From Isurus oxyrinchus (taxonomy: Eukaryota), in contig JANJGN010000010.1 of assembly GCA_026770705.1 (NCBI GenBank), positions 17,546,001 to 17,610,000 of the forward strand: DNA of 64,000 nt, read 5' to 3'. The translations under genes were made by a program, and so were the position numbers. A model generated the notes under the pieces. It saw only the letters and a program-made list of their open reading frames with translations. It was not told the DNA's origin and did not search any database. This document shows positions 23,929 to 37,884 of this stretch, piece after piece (position 1 is the stretch's first letter; every line of letters starts with the position of its first letter).

Positions 23929-25860
23929 TCATAGAGTCATAGAGGTCTACAGCATAGAAAAAGGCCCTTTGGCTCTTCAAGTCTGGGCTGGCGAAACAAG
24001 TACCTAACTTTTCTAATCCCATTTTCCAGCACTAGGCCCATAGCCTTGTATGCCATGGTATTGCAAGTGCACATCCAAATACTTCTTAAATGTTATGAGG
24101 GTTTCTGTCTCTACCACCCTTTCAGGCAGTGAGTTCCAGATTCCCACCACCTTCAGGGTGAAAAAAATCTTCCTCACACCCCCTCTAAACCTCCTGCCCC
24201 TTACCTTAAATCTATGCCCCCTGGTTATTGATCCCTCCACCAAGGGGAAAAGTTCCTTCCTGTCTACCCTCTTTATGCCTCTCATAATTTTATACACCTC
24301 AATCATGTCCCCCATCAATCTCCTCTGCTCCAGGGAAAATAACCCCATGCTATCCAAAGTTTCCTCATAACTAAAACTCTCCAGCCCAGGCAACACCCTG
24401 GTAAATCTTCTTTGCACTCTCTCTAGTGCAATCACATCCTTCCTATAAAGCCGATTCTAGAACTGCACACAATACTCGAGCTGTGGCCTAACCAGCGTTT
24501 TATATAGTTCCAACATAACCTCCCTGCTCTTATATGCTATTCCTCAGCTAATAAAGGCAAGTATCCCATACCACCTTATCTACCTGTCTTGCTACCTTAA
24601 GGGACTGGTGGACATGCACACCAAGATCCTTCTGATCCTCGGTACTATCCCAGGGTCCTACCATTCAACATGTATTCCCATGCCTTGTTTGTCCAAGTGC
24701 ATCGCCTCACACTTATCTGGATTAAATTCCATTTGCCACTGATCAGCCCATCTGACCAGCGCATCTATATCCTCCTGTCACCTAAGGCTATCCTCCTCAC
24801 TATTTACCACCAATTTTCATGTCATCCGCGAACTTACTGATCAACCCTCCTACATTCAAATTTAAATCATTTATATATACCATAAACAGCACGGGACCTA
24901 ACACTGATCCCTGTGGAACCCCACTGGACACAGGTATTCAGTCACAAAAGTACCCCTCGACCATCACCCTCTGCTTCCTGCTACTCAGCCAATTCTGAAT
25001 CCAATTTGCCAAATTGCCTTGGATCCCATGGGTTCTTACCTTCATTGTCAGTCTCCCATGTGGGACCTTATCAAAAACCTTGCTGAAGTCCAAGTAGACT
25101 GCATCAAATGCATTGCCCTCATCTACACACCTGGTCACCTCTTCGAAAAATTCAATCAAATTGGTCAGACATGACCTCCCCTTAACTAAACCATGCTGAC
25201 TGAATTTGATTAATCCCTGCCTCTCCAAGTGTAGAGTAATTCTGTCCCTCAGAATTGCTTCCAATAGTTGCCCCATTACTGAGGTTAGACTGACTGGCCT
25301 GTAGTTCCCTGGTTTATCTCTTCCTTCCTTCTTGAATAATGGCACCACATTGGCTGTTCTCTGGTCCTCTGGCACCTCTCCTGTGACCAGAGAGGTATTG
25401 AAGATTATTGCCAGTACCCCTAACTCCTCCTTTGCCTCACTGAACAGCCTGTAATACATTTCATTCCGGCCTGGAGATTTAGCTACTTTTAAACCTGCCA
25501 GATCACTTAGAACCTCCTCCCTTTCTATGCTAATTTATTTAATTATATCACAGTCCTTCTGCTTGATTTCCATACCCACATTGTCCCTCTCACTTGTGAA
25601 CACCAACACAAAGTATTCATTTAGATCCCTACCTACGTCTTCCAGCTCCACACACAAATTACCACTATGGTCTTAAATGGGCCCTAATCTTTCCCTTCCT
25701 CTTACTCTTAATGTACTTGTACAAGTACTTGTACAAAATAACTTTGGATTTACCTTTATTTTACCTGCTACTGTTTTTTCATGCCCCCTTTATGCTCTTC
25801 TGATTTCCTTTTTAAGTTCCTCATGACACATTCTATACTCCTCTAGGGCTTCTGAGGAGT
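23929..25860 (-). mobile_element. CR1 LINE ORF2 (RT) fragment with 3' end
   Basis: PGNYRPVSLTSVMGQLLE, QHGLVKGRSCLTNLIEFFEEVT, DAVYLDFSKVFDKVPHGRL, ALERVQRRFTRVLPG; catagagtcatagag tail. Confidence 0.92.
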
Positions 25861-26594
25861 TTTGAGCTATATATGTTCTCATGTGCCCAGTTTATGTAAA
25901 TGAACCCATAATATGTTTATACAATCCCTTATGAGTGATTGGTGTCTTTATACAATTATAGAAACATGACATGTTTATGAATAGGTTGCTCTGCCCTCTT
26001 GTTTGTTGCTTCATTTTTGCTCTTTTTTCCCCAACCTTAATGTCAGAAATCTTCAGTCTTATGAAGAGTAAGCACACAAAATTCATAGTTTCTTTCTTTC
26101 CTGATTGACCAACTCTGCATTTCCAGCATTCACCAATTGTATTGGTTCACTTGGACAGGCCCTCAACATCAAGCAATGGAGAAATACCCTCCACAGAATT
26201 TAGCTGAATAAAGACTCTGGTCAAACATTTCTTTAGATTAGATTATGAAAACTGCAAATGCCTTCTTTAGCAATTGTGACGCCTTTTTAGATTGATACTT
26301 TATCTCTAATCATTAATAAGCTAAAATCGATGAATTTTTAGGTTATGTGGAAACATGCACAGGCACTCAGAAATGCATCTAGAAAAACAGTTTTATTTCC
26401 CTCTTTGATAATTTTACTTTATCAATTGCCTGAGATGAGAAAACTGGACAACCTAGAGGTTTATTTTGGTAACCTGCTCTGCCAGCGAGAAGAGGTTTAT
26501 CAGCTGGAGATGCTACTTATAACAAGAATGGCAGAATGGTGTGGCATTGGCACAGTGACCAGTATAGGTAGATTTACAAAAGAACAGTTACCAT

Positions 26595-27960
26595 GGTAGA
26601 AAAATCCACATTTATTGTTAGATTATGCAACAAAGCAGATTAAAATGCACCATTCTTCGATATCCTGTCAAAGGCAGATATCAAAGTAAATAACCTTCAA
26701 ACACGTTTTTTAAATGGAAATATTCCCTCAATGTACAGATAGCAGCTCTTCATCACAGCACAATTCTATCAACACCCTTTATGTACATCAAATGATTCAG
26801 ACAAAAAAAACCTAAAATAAGATTGCAAGATCACAGCTAATGTTTGAATGAGTTATACAAATGACAGATTAAAACACAGGCAGTGCTGAACAACTGAAGT
26901 AAGTCACTTGTATTATCGTGATGGAATCTATTAACCTTTTATTCATAGCTCATTTCAAATTACCCACATGAGGGGTTAAGTTGATGATAACAAGAGTCAG
27001 TTTAAAACATTTCCAACTTGTTTCTCATTATTCTATTTGTTAGATTGCAAGACTTAGGTGATGAAATACAATTTACATCATGACAAATCGAACATTCCAT
27101 GAATCACATGACAGACAGCCTTGCAATATAAAAGTGTACAATATCACCTCGTCTGGAAAAGAAACCAACATACACAGTTCTTCGACCACGACCTTAAGAA
27201 GCATCAAGAAAACATATTGCACATTACATTAAAACCGATACTGAAAGAAAAGTAGCTTCAAACATAAAACAAACATTTGATCACTAATAACGTATAAGCC
27301 CAACAGCAATCTGGCTCATCATGAGAGCAGACGACACTCCTGCTACTGACAACAACTCATGTTTTTCTTCATAAAGTTTAAAAGCAACATCATGGAAATA
27401 TCAACATTATGTTCAATAATATCCTTGAAAGATTATACACAACGTAAATCTTTTCTAATATTTTGAAATGCAAGCAGATATTTGAGTACGATTTGGTTGC
27501 AACATTAGTCTCTGAAAGAAAGGAATGTTATTCACAGCAAATTAAATGTCAGAGAATTACGGTAGAACGTTCACACAAAAATAAAGATTAACATAAAGTA
27601 AGTTGAGCTCGTACAGAACAATTAGTGTCAGTGATTCAATATGCTTTAATGCTAATCATTCCGCCTTATAATATGCAGTACAAAACCTTACTTTATCAGC
27701 TGTTCAGTCATTGAGCAGTAGAAAGAGAATCCAGAGTACTCAGAGGGTTAAATAAGTGAAATAAACATCATGAACTGGAAATCTCCGGAAGTTATATTTC
27801 AGAACAGTCCTCAGTCATTGAATTGGATCATAATCACAAATGAACACAACAAATACATATTTTTGTATTAATGTTCATAAACTAATGGTCCAGGGACTGC
27901 AAATTGTGCAGCAGGTTAAATTGGATACTTTTGATCCCTCTCAAGGAAGATGAATTTGCA
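26595..27960 (-). other. Candidate terminal exon / 3' UTR of a minus-strand host transcript
   Basis: About 1.4 kb of repeat-free, AT-rich but CpG-retaining sequence between an acceptor (ttatttttgctgcag, 27975-27961) and AATAAA (minus strand, 26616-26611). Confidence 0.35.
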
Positions 27961-28031
27961 CTGCAGCAAAAATAACGTTTCTTTAAAATCTCATCATAAC
28001 TGGAGCCACATTGTGCAATAATACAATTCAA

Positions 28032-30026
28032 CAGGCACTCTAGGGCGGTGGGGGGAGAGGTGCGGGGGGGCAGGGGGAGTGGGAGGCTGAAGGTTGGGGT
28101 TGGGGGGGGAGACACAAAGTGGGGGTACCATCTTAGGGGGGCACATGGCATCTCCCCCCGACCAAAGGAGGTACCACCCCTTTCCTTCACGCTTTTAAAC
28201 ATGAGACAATTATAAACCGACAAATAATGATTTAGCCAATAAACATTGCTTCCTGTAGAATACTTTGTCTCCCACCACACAATGTGTCAAGCAATTTGCA
28301 TAACCTGACTATTTCATCTTCGCTACCTTTCTTTCTACAGCAACAGCCTGCACTTATGTAGCACCCCTAATGTTGTAAAACATCCCAATGTACTTTCCAG
28401 GAGGGATTATCAAAGAATGTTTGAAACCGAGCCACGTAAAGAGATATTAGGAGATGAGCTTTGTCAATGAGGTAGGTTTTAAGGAGTGTCTTCAAGGGGA
28501 CAGATAGACAGCGAGGTTTAGAGAGGGAGTTCTAGAATTTAGAACCACGGCAGCTGAATACATGCAGAATACACGTTTACATTTTTTTTTAACAAGAACC
28601 ACCTCCCATCATGTGTGAACAGATTCTGTGCTCTTTCTTTTTAGTTTTACACAAGCCCAACTCAAACCTGACCAGGACCATCACAGAATTCACCATCACC
28701 GGCATGTCCTCCCACATTTGCTTCTTCCTTCCTATTTTGTGGCACTACCCCTCCCACACCAGAAATGTGCCAGTGATGACCCCTAATGGACTTCGCCAAG
28801 GCTTGCTTCATCTATTTTGGTAAGATGTGATGCTCACTTCACAGCTGAATAGATGATCTGTCCGACTTCAATCATTGCTGGAATAAAAAATAGCCGTTCA
28901 AAATTTTCCGCTGTGTCATCTTATACCAAAAGTAAAATTGAGAAGATATTTAACAACACATTTTGAAGCTGAATGTCCTACTTTAAGAAAATGGAGTGAA
29001 TTGAAGAGATAAATTAACTGATAGCTAAAATCACAGGGGTTTCTGAAACATGCAGTTCCTGAATACACATTTGATTAATACTTGCAAAAAATGGAAGGAA
29101 ATCGTGACATGCCTGCAATAACAATCTTTATCACTTCATAAGATTTAACGAGCTATGATTGAAGTCAGACAGATCATCTATTCAGCTGTGAAGTGAGCAA
29201 TTATATTAGAAAAGTAGCTGAAAGCCAGCAGGAGAAACATCACATCTTAACAAAATAGATGAAGCAAGCCTCGGCGAAGTCCACTCGGGGTCATCACTGG
29301 CACATTTCTGGTGTGGGAGGGGTAGTGCCACAAAATAGGAAGGAAGAAGCAAATGTGGGAGGACATGCCGGTGATGGTGAATTCTGTGATGGTCCTGGTC
29401 AGGTTTGAGTTGGGCATGTGTAAAACTAAAAAGAAAGAGCACAGAATCTGTTCACACATGATGTGAAGTGGTTCTTGTTAAAAGAATGTAAAAATGTATT
29501 CAGCTGCCGTGGTTCTAAGTTCTGGAACTCCCTCGCTAAACCTCGCTATCTCTCTGTCCCCTTGAAGACACTCCTTAAAACCTACCTCATTGACAAAGCT
29601 CATATCTTAATATCTCCTTACGTGGCTCGGTTTCAAACATTCTTTGATAATCCCTCACAGAAAGTACATTCAGATGTCTTACAACACTGAGGGTGCTACG
29701 TGAGTGCAGGGTGTTGTTGTAGAAGGAAAGGTTGCGAACATGAAATAGCCAGGTTATGCAAATTGCGTGACACATGGTATGGTGGGAGACAAAGTATTCT
29801 ACAGGAAGCAATGTTTATTGGCTAAATCATTATTTGTCAGTCTATAATTGTCTCATGTTTAAAATCGTGAAGGGAAGGGGTGGTATCTCCTTTGGTGGGA
29901 GGAGGTGCAATGTGCCCATCAGGGGCACCCCTTCAAGATGGTACCTCCACTTTGTGTCTTCCCGCACCCCCTCCAATCCCAACCTCCAGCCTCCCACCCC
30001 CCCACCACCACCCCCTAGAGTGCCTG
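28032..30026. repeat. Large inverted duplication: arms 28032-28879 and 29151-30026, ~270-bp spacer
   Basis: Mirror ORFs 28611..28823(+)/29247..29459(-) and 27882..28280(-)/29774..30124(+) share near-identical peptide stretches. Outer ends caggcactctag/ctagagtgcctg. Each arm includes an L2 3' fragment. Confidence 0.93.
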
Positions 30027-30289
30027 ATCACTCCCCGATCAATAGCCCGGACTCATCTGTAATTCCGGTCCCCATGAATCTTTTCCTCGGGATTACTTAT
30101 AGTGCCAGCAGCGGCCACCACTGAGTTCTGGCACTGCTGGAACTACTCAGTTGCCGGCAATCAGATTGGCTGGAGCTCTTGTGGGTGGGACCTTTTTTCC
30201 CTGAGGGGCGGAGGTCCCAGCCCCAGCTCATTAATGCCAACTCCAGTGTATAGGGTAAACATTAAGATACTGCCTATGACAATATGACA

Positions 30290-31410
30290 GCATGGGATAG
30301 GAGAATGTCATTTGTACTGTATGTAGTTAGTTAATAGTTAAAATGTGTAGAATATTATAAGTTGTCACATTTTGGATAGTGTTTATAAAAACATATGATA
30401 GTGACGGGTTTTCATTTTCTTAGTGAAGAGGTATTACAATTTATTATGAGGTTTATATGATTGTTACATTTTGCAACTGTGTCTTTAAATTAAGCTAAAA
30501 TGGGGGGTCACGTGACATGTTCTGAAGTCTGCTTGACAACAGGTCTGGAGAGGCTAAGGATCAAAGGGAGGCCAAGATCGTGTTACTGAAACTATGGTGC
30601 AAGGTGTTCATGGTTGGATACAATGGCAGTGGTCTCTGAATTCACAATTTTCAGAGTGAGTCTTCCAAAGTCCAAGAAAGATGTTGAAAGTATTGAGTTG
30701 TAAACAGTTGTACTCCAAACTACCTATTTACTTCTAATATGAAAGCCAGTTAGGGTCAAGAATAGCTAATCAGCATTTCTATTTGGATACAAGGCTAATG
30801 TGTTACACACTGCCATTGGGAGTAGTGTAGAAGAATCCGGTTTTGAGACTAGATTATAGGTTTCCTTACAAATCAATGAATATCACAGGCAGTCAGCAGT
30901 TCTATATGGCCAGCAGAGAGGAGAGGCTGTTTAGTCTTTGCAAGCTACTACAGCTGGATGTGGGAAGGCAACAGTCTCTAGTCGAAGAGGTGGATCTTGC
31001 AACCATCTACTGATTCCGGGAGGTTCGTCCTAGCATGGCCAAGGAGAAGAAGAACCATTGGGACAGGATTTACTGCTGGTGGTGGGTTTAACAAACTCTC
31101 TGAAAACTGAGGAAAGCACCTGGAGATACCCTCTGGAAGGTGGAAGCAACTGTGTACTGTTTTCTGTAAGGACTGTAACTTTATGGAGAATGTGATGTGT
31201 GATATGTATAGACAAGAAATGTTCCTTCCTCTAGTTTAAAGTATAAGTTGCCGACAAGAAGAAAATAGTGTTTAGTCAATAGTGCTTTTTTGTCACTTGT
31301 TATAATGAAAGTTTTAAAATGTGAAAGCTTGACATGTCATTCTTTCAGCTACTAACTGGAAGTTTGAATTCCATTTTAAAAGTTATCAGTACGGGGGTTT
31401 GTGACGTTAC
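30290..31410 (+). mobile_element. Probable solo LTR, diverged
   Basis: Similar in length and composition to 8532-9466 and ends gggtttgtgacgttaca; no clean TSD found. Confidence 0.4.
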
Positions 31411-31624
31411 ATTACCAGTAGCAGCCACTGCTCCCACTGGCACTGCCGAGCAATGCCAAGCTTTTCACCTCTGATTGGTTGGCAGCACTCAGGGTCTTTC
31501 ATCCAAGGAGGGCCCGCTGCTGCCCAGTTAGGCACTTAATTCGGTGGGCCTTCCCAAAAAGAGATGATCCAGGGCTCTCCAGCTGGTAGGCAAGACCCCT
31601 GTCGCCTCCATTAAATACCGTCTG

Positions 31625-32362
31625 ACTGTATTCATTAGTCTATTATGGTTCCTTTTGAAAGTCCAGATAATTTACATCTACCGCTAAATTACATTGTTCA
31701 CTCTCTCTGTTACCTCCTCACAAAAAATTCAATAGCAAGATTTTCCCTTTTGAAATCCATTCTGGCTATTCATTGTTATTTATTTTTTCTTTTCTTGGTG
31801 TTCTTCTAATCTCTCCTTTGATAGAGATTCCATTATTTTTCCTGTCACTGATGCTCGGCTGACTGGTCTTAACTCCCTGGGTAATTTTTGCCCCTCCTTC
31901 TTAAATATAGGAATTATATTAACTATCCACCAATTCTCTGGCACTACACCTTATTCTGCCAAATTATTAAATATAAGTAGTGATGTGTCTACTATCTCTT
32001 CGTTAGATTCCTTTAAAAAATGCAGAAGTAATCTATCTGGTTTGGGATTTATCCTCTTTGAGTTTGGTTACTTTATTCAATACATCCCCTTCCTTTTATT
32101 TTAAGTGCACTTAGCTCACTGCTGAACTCAATGCCATGTGTACCTGTTCTATTTCTCTGGTAAATACCGAAGTAATATAATTATTTCTACCATCTCTCTA
32201 TTGTTACCTGTGGTATTATCCTGTCTACCCTTAATCTTATCCATCCCAGCCTTCCTTGTTCTATTATGTGCCTGTAAAATATTTTACTTTTGTATGCTCC
32301 TTGATAATTTAGTTTCTTGGTTAACCTTTGCCTTTCTAATTTTTTTTTGACTTATCTCCTAA
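31625..32362 (-). mobile_element. Old CR1 ORF2 internal fragment
   Basis: Degenerate match to CR1 RT region (gaaagtccagataatttacatctacc, aaattcaat, ggctgactggtct, ctccttcttaaatatagg). Confidence 0.6.
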
Positions 32363-32504
32363 TCCCGTGGGCGGTAACCTGCAGCCCGCGATCCACACGT
32401 GGCCCATCAGGGTTCTGAACGCAGCCTGTGAGACATTTTGCTGACCGTTGCCCACACACAGGGTTGCCAGATTCCACTAGTTTCCATCTGTGTAGTTTTT
32501 TTCC

Positions 32505-32670
32505 TACCAGCATTACTAAAGAGAAGTGCAATCATGGACTGCACACATCTCATGGACTGCAACAGTTCAAGAAGGCAGCTCACAACCACTTCCTCAAGGA
32601 CAATTAGGAATGGGCAATAAATACTGGTCTACCCAGCAAAGCCCATATCCCATGAAAGAATAAAAAAAAA
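32505..32670 (+). mobile_element. 3' end of the tRNA-headed CR1-group LINE family
   Basis: catggactgcaacagttcaagaaggcagctcacaaccacttcctcaaggacaattaggaatgggcaataaat...catcccatgaaagaataaaa. Confidence 0.75.
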
Positions 32671-32705
32671 ATGAGTGTGAATTGAGTGAAGGGCTGACAT
32701 CTACT

Positions 32706-32810
32706 GTAATAAAAACAGAAAATGTTGGAAAAACTCAGCAAGCCTGACAGGACCTGTGGAGAGAGAAACAGAGTTAACACTTCGAGTCTGTATGACCCTT
32801 CTTCAGAAAT
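32706..32810 (-). mobile_element. Old Penelope-like 3' end with canonical-core hammerhead-like motif
   Basis: Minus strand reads CTGAAGA-a-GGGTC-ataca-GACTC-GAAG-tgtt-aactctgtttctctctccacag... Confidence 0.65.
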
Positions 32811-34204
32811 TTACTGTGCAGATTTGCTCCTACCAAATTATTCGGGGATACTGATTCTAGTGACCCTACTCTGAGCCAGAGCTGGAACAACAGCAAAACT
32901 GTATATGGAGGGAACGAAGTATTGGCCTATGAGTATAATAGTGAAAGATGATCTGGGGATTGCATGGGGAGGTTGGGGGGGTTCCAACACCTGGATACAC
33001 ATTTTCATCTTCCTCTCAACAATAATGTTGCAGAGCAGTGGTCACCTGCTATCCAACTTTGAGTACATGGCAAAAAACTGTGACTTATAGAATGAAACCA
33101 TCAAATGTGCAGGCCATCAACACTGTAGGAGCATTGCTTGTGAACATTCTCACTGTTAGTACCGGGCTTTAGAGATCAAAGTTCAAGTTAGCATCAACTC
33201 AGTTCAGAAACAGATACAGGCAGGGAGGTTTATAAACTCATTGATGTTCACCATTCTATATTCAGTCAGAGCAGTATGTATAGTGAGCAAATGCCTTCCA
33301 GCATGGCATCTCTAAAGTAGCAGTGGAGTCGATGGTTGGCAACAATGCCAGTACAGTCATAGCTTGGGGGCATCAGGTATTCATGCATAAGTGACAGAGG
33401 CGCTGGCTCTAGCAGTAGTCTACAGCTACTCTAGGAAAGGAAATCAGAGTCAGTAAATCCTTTATATCCCCTGGAGTTGGAAATACAGACAACCACCCCC
33501 TCAGATAGGGGAAACAATGAATAATACAACCAGCATGGGGAAAATTCACAATACACAGAAGGGAAATTTAATATGTGTCCCACTGATTGTACATTGTGGA
33601 TAGTTAACTGTGCCTGCAGGTCATCATGGGCTAGGTGGCATTCTTGAGTCACAGCCTTGAACATGAACTAAGAAATGACTTTATTATAGATATCCATTAC
33701 CCACAGTGAATCATGCATCGCCTAAATCTTAGCTATTCTGAGTTGCTCACTCTTCAATTATAAGTCACCCTCCCAAGACTACACACAGTCCTTTCAGGCT
33801 CTCTGGGAAAGAACTGCTTTGTGCCATTTACTTTAGTTTTGTGGAGACACTTGAAAATTTGTGGGCTAACATCTCGTCCAAACAAAATAGAATAAAATAC
33901 TCGCTTTCCATTTTGAGCAGCTGCAGGTTGTTATAAAATTTACGATCGCTAACTGCCTATATTCAATCACGTTTACTGACATTGCCCAAGATATGGAGAC
34001 TACTGTCCCTCGGATATGCGCTATGGAATCCCTCAGATGTCCCAACACACGGACTCCGTAGGAATTGACTGGGAGCGTGAACTCCAGGACCCTCCGAAAG
34101 GGTTCCATCTCTGAGTTAGAGTCAGAAACTGTGGACAGTTCTGACTTACCTATCTGGATAGTTACCCAGGAAATGTTGGACAGAAAAATCCTAGTCTAAC
34201 TCCT

Positions 34205-34770
34205 GGGCTAGAATCATTGGGTTAGCGTGTGGGGGCGGTGACATCGGGCCTGTGTCCCGACATTACTGCGCGTCATTCCAATCTTCAATTTGGCATGCGC
34301 GTACCGGAGTCGGCTGTGCGCCTGCCGAACTGTCAAAGGCCTACTAAGGCCATTTAAAAACTAATTAAAATAATTAACCGAGCTGACCATCCAAACTTAA
34401 GGTTGGTGGGCAGACGATGAGCCCAGGCGGCCTTCGCATTTATCATGAAACCTCGGGATGATGTTTCATGAAGTGTTTATAAGTTGAATAAAAATTTTTA
34501 TTAAAGTTCATTGACATGAACCAGCTTATGTGACATGACATGAGGGGATGTCTTAAAATTTTTTTTCCCTTTATTTAAATTTTTGATAATCAGACTGATC
34601 TCCCTGAGGCAGCTCTGTGCCTGACTCAGCCTCTTCACCCGCCCGCACAGGGAGTGCTCAGCACTTCTGGGTGCACGTCATGCTGGGCGGGCCGTAATTG
34701 GCCCACCCATGTAAAATGGTGGTGCACAGTCGATCACGGGCGGCGATCAGCTGCGCCCCCCCCCACCGGG
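34205..34770. mobile_element. Harbinger-type MITE of the 41009-41637 family
   Basis: Starts gggctagaatc; shares ggagtcggctgtgcg, aaaggcct.ttaaggc, gaggcagctc.gtgcct blocks with 41009-41637. Followed by a C-rich low-complexity tract to ~35420. Confidence 0.65.
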
Positions 34771-37700
34771 TAACTATCCAACTGACTTCTCCAGTCACTC
34801 ACACTGACCCCCTGGCTCCCCCCTCAGCCTCTGACCAACCCCCTCAAAGCCCCAACTCCCCCCGACCAATCTACCTAGCCCCCACCACACAACTTGCCCC
34901 CTGAACCCGTGATCCCCATCTTACCCTGATCCCCAAATACCCCTTGACCCGACCTGACTAGCCCCCACCACTTGACTCTCCACCCGATCTGACCCGACTA
35001 CCCCCGATCCACCTACCCATTCACCCATCTGCGACTCTACCCAGCTCATCCACCAGCCACCATACTGCCTCACCCAGATAACCCACCTGCCATCTTACCA
35101 TACCTGCCTATCACCCTACTTATCTGCCAGCCTATTATACCTACCTACTGCTCTACTCATCTCATCCACCTGCCACCATACCTACCTCACCCTGCTAACC
35201 CACCTGCCACCCTTCCAAACTCACCTGCCCCCATACCCACCTGCCACTGTACCCCCTTAACCATTCAGCTTACCCACCCTGCCCCTTAGCCATCTTATCC
35301 CCTTACCTACTTACCTTACCCACTCCACTCCCTTACACACATTATTCCCTTACCCACTTATCTTACCCACCCCATTCCCTTACACACCCTGCCTCTTACT
35401 CCCTTATCCACTTACATTCTCTCTATAGCTTTGCAAAGGAGCTTTGGGACATTTAAACTTACCGGAATACGGCAGCTAGTGCCACACAAAGGGGTCATGG
35501 CTTGTCTTGCCCGACGATTCACTGCTATGAAAAACCAGCTCCATATCGGGTACCTTCCAAATTTCTGGAGAAGCCAGGACCAGAATTGTGGAATTCTAAT
35601 GTGAAAGAGGAAGGTAGGAGCAGGGTGGCAATCCGACAGTGATTGCTAATCCTCAGAAGATTTGGGCCATTGTTTTATAAATCGGCAAAGAGAGAAATTT
35701 CAGCACTTTTGTGAATTCTTCCAACCAGTTATAATGTCTTCCTCACTCTTTGGACATGGAGGCTGTTTGCCATTGTTCATTTCCTATACATCTTGTACAA
35801 GTTCAGGTAGCATCTTAAATGCAAGAAACCACCAGAATGAGAACCTACAGCCCAGTGTCAGAATTAATACATAGCTGATTGATTGGAAAATAACAGACTG
35901 CTTCAAAAAATGTAAATCAATAAACTCTTTGGACTAAAGATATTCACTCTATGTGGTGAAATTAACCACCGCCTTTATTACGCACAGATATGCAACATAC
36001 AGGGAAAATAGGGAACATATAGGGAAATAAGATTCCGACACTGTCTTCCAAGTCATGAGGTGCAATATGACTTCAGTCCAAATCAGCTGAGGTTGCCACT
36101 CAGCACTCACCGCTCCCAAAAAAAGTGTCAGATCAGTTAAAAGATGAGCCCGTGAACCGCAACGGTATTTATTATAAAGGACACATGTTGCAGTGTATCG
36201 CCTAGACGTAACATATCTGAGGGCTCAGGTAAAATTTACAAACTACCTCGAGTTTCATTTTCACAGTCTCGTTATCGAATGTGTTGCTGCATCTCAAGCT
36301 GTTGTGTTATTCTGAGTGAGACCTGAAGGATCACTACACCCAGGCTTGTCGAACACAAGTTGAGACTAAAAAAGTGCAAGAAAACTAAATTTACCACGAG
36401 GCACAAGCACAAGTTGTTTGGTGTTAGAATATCAAATGATCTCATCGCTTCCCAATTAAGACTTCCGAATTTTCCTTTTTAGGCCCAAAGCCTGTTCTTT
36501 CTCGGACGAAAACAAATCTAAAAAGCTAAAGCAAAGAAACCTAATTCACATTACTATTCCTTTCATTCCTTCATAAATGCTGGGACAAAATTCTGGAATC
36601 CCCTAGTCCAACAGTGGGAACACATGAGTACAAGGGCTGCAGCAGTTCAGGAAAAGGTCACATTCTCAGGACATCTCGGGATTAGTAATAAATGTGTTGT
36701 TTCCATCCCGATGATAAATTGAAACAAAAAACATTCTACAAGGTGTTCCATGAAATCGTCCTTGATAAAAGTGAAATAACAATGTGGCTGTAAATTTAAA
36801 ATAAAAATGCTTCACATATTTTGAGCAATAGAGCCAATCCATCAGAAACCTCCACTGTAACAATGAACATGGTCCATTTCTTGCTGAGCTACTGCTTTCA
36901 TGTAGTCATCACACGTTTTTTTTCTGAAGCTACATTATGGATTTCAAGGGTTACCATAAAGCTTTCATTTCAAGCTTCAAAATCACATCTTCCTTTCATT
37001 GTTGCAGGCATAGCTGCACACAATCAGTGGTCTTGACTGAAATGGCACTTTAGAAAGGTGCAGCAGATGTTAGTGTCTACATGCTTTCCCTTTTCAAAAT
37101 GCTCTGTCTTCAAGTGAAATCTGTGTTGAATTGCAGGCAATCCTGTGGTGCGGACACAAGTGCATGAGGAACTGTTAGAAAAGTACCAAGACTCAATTTT
37201 AGTTAAGGCCCTTATAACCGGCAGAGTTAGGAAATATCATTTCATGAGTTTGACTTAGATGTAGGCCCCAGGGATTAAACAGAAGTGGACTATCCTACGA
37301 TATCACTGCTTCCCCTGTTTTCAGAGCGATCACTCCAAAGTAATTTCCCGCATCGCTTCAATTAATTTAAAATTTAAGTCCATGTTATGTCAAAGAAATA
37401 TGGCACAGTTCTCAGTTGTAGCTCTTTGTTTTTCAGTTTGCATTAATTATCCAAGCAAGACTGCAGAAAACAACAAAGCACACCCTGGATAAATGCCAAG
37501 ACTGCAGGCTAAAGCATTAGCAGAGTGCCAGGGGAAACTCTTCACTGTTGGTATGCTGGCCTCCTAATGAACTGTGTCGTTATTAAATCGTAACATAAGG
37601 CAAAAAAAATCTGTCCCGTTAAAAGAAAAAGTAAAGCAAACCAAATCAAATTTGTTGTTGGCTAATACAGATGTTGGAGTTGAGAGAGTTTTTAATTACC

Positions 37701-37884
37701 TTTTCCCAGATAGGTCAGACCCTGAAAGAATAGATCACAGTATAACATGTTTTACCGAGGTGTAATTAAATATATATATTTTTAAAGCCAGAGACACCAA
37801 CATCAGTAACAATACCTCATGCGTTGAACGGTGTTAATGGACTTATGTACTGCCAGACATTAAACAAGTCCTAGCAAAACACAC

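Noticed and set aside
25717-25736. 20-bp perfect palindrome ttgtacaagtacttgtacaa
   Set aside because: Explained by a short tandem duplication inside a decayed CR1.
35880-37880. Mostly repeat-poor stretch with an acceptor-like site at ~36789 (minus)
   Set aside because: No matching donor or recognisable peptide; may be regulatory but cannot be supported from sequence alone.
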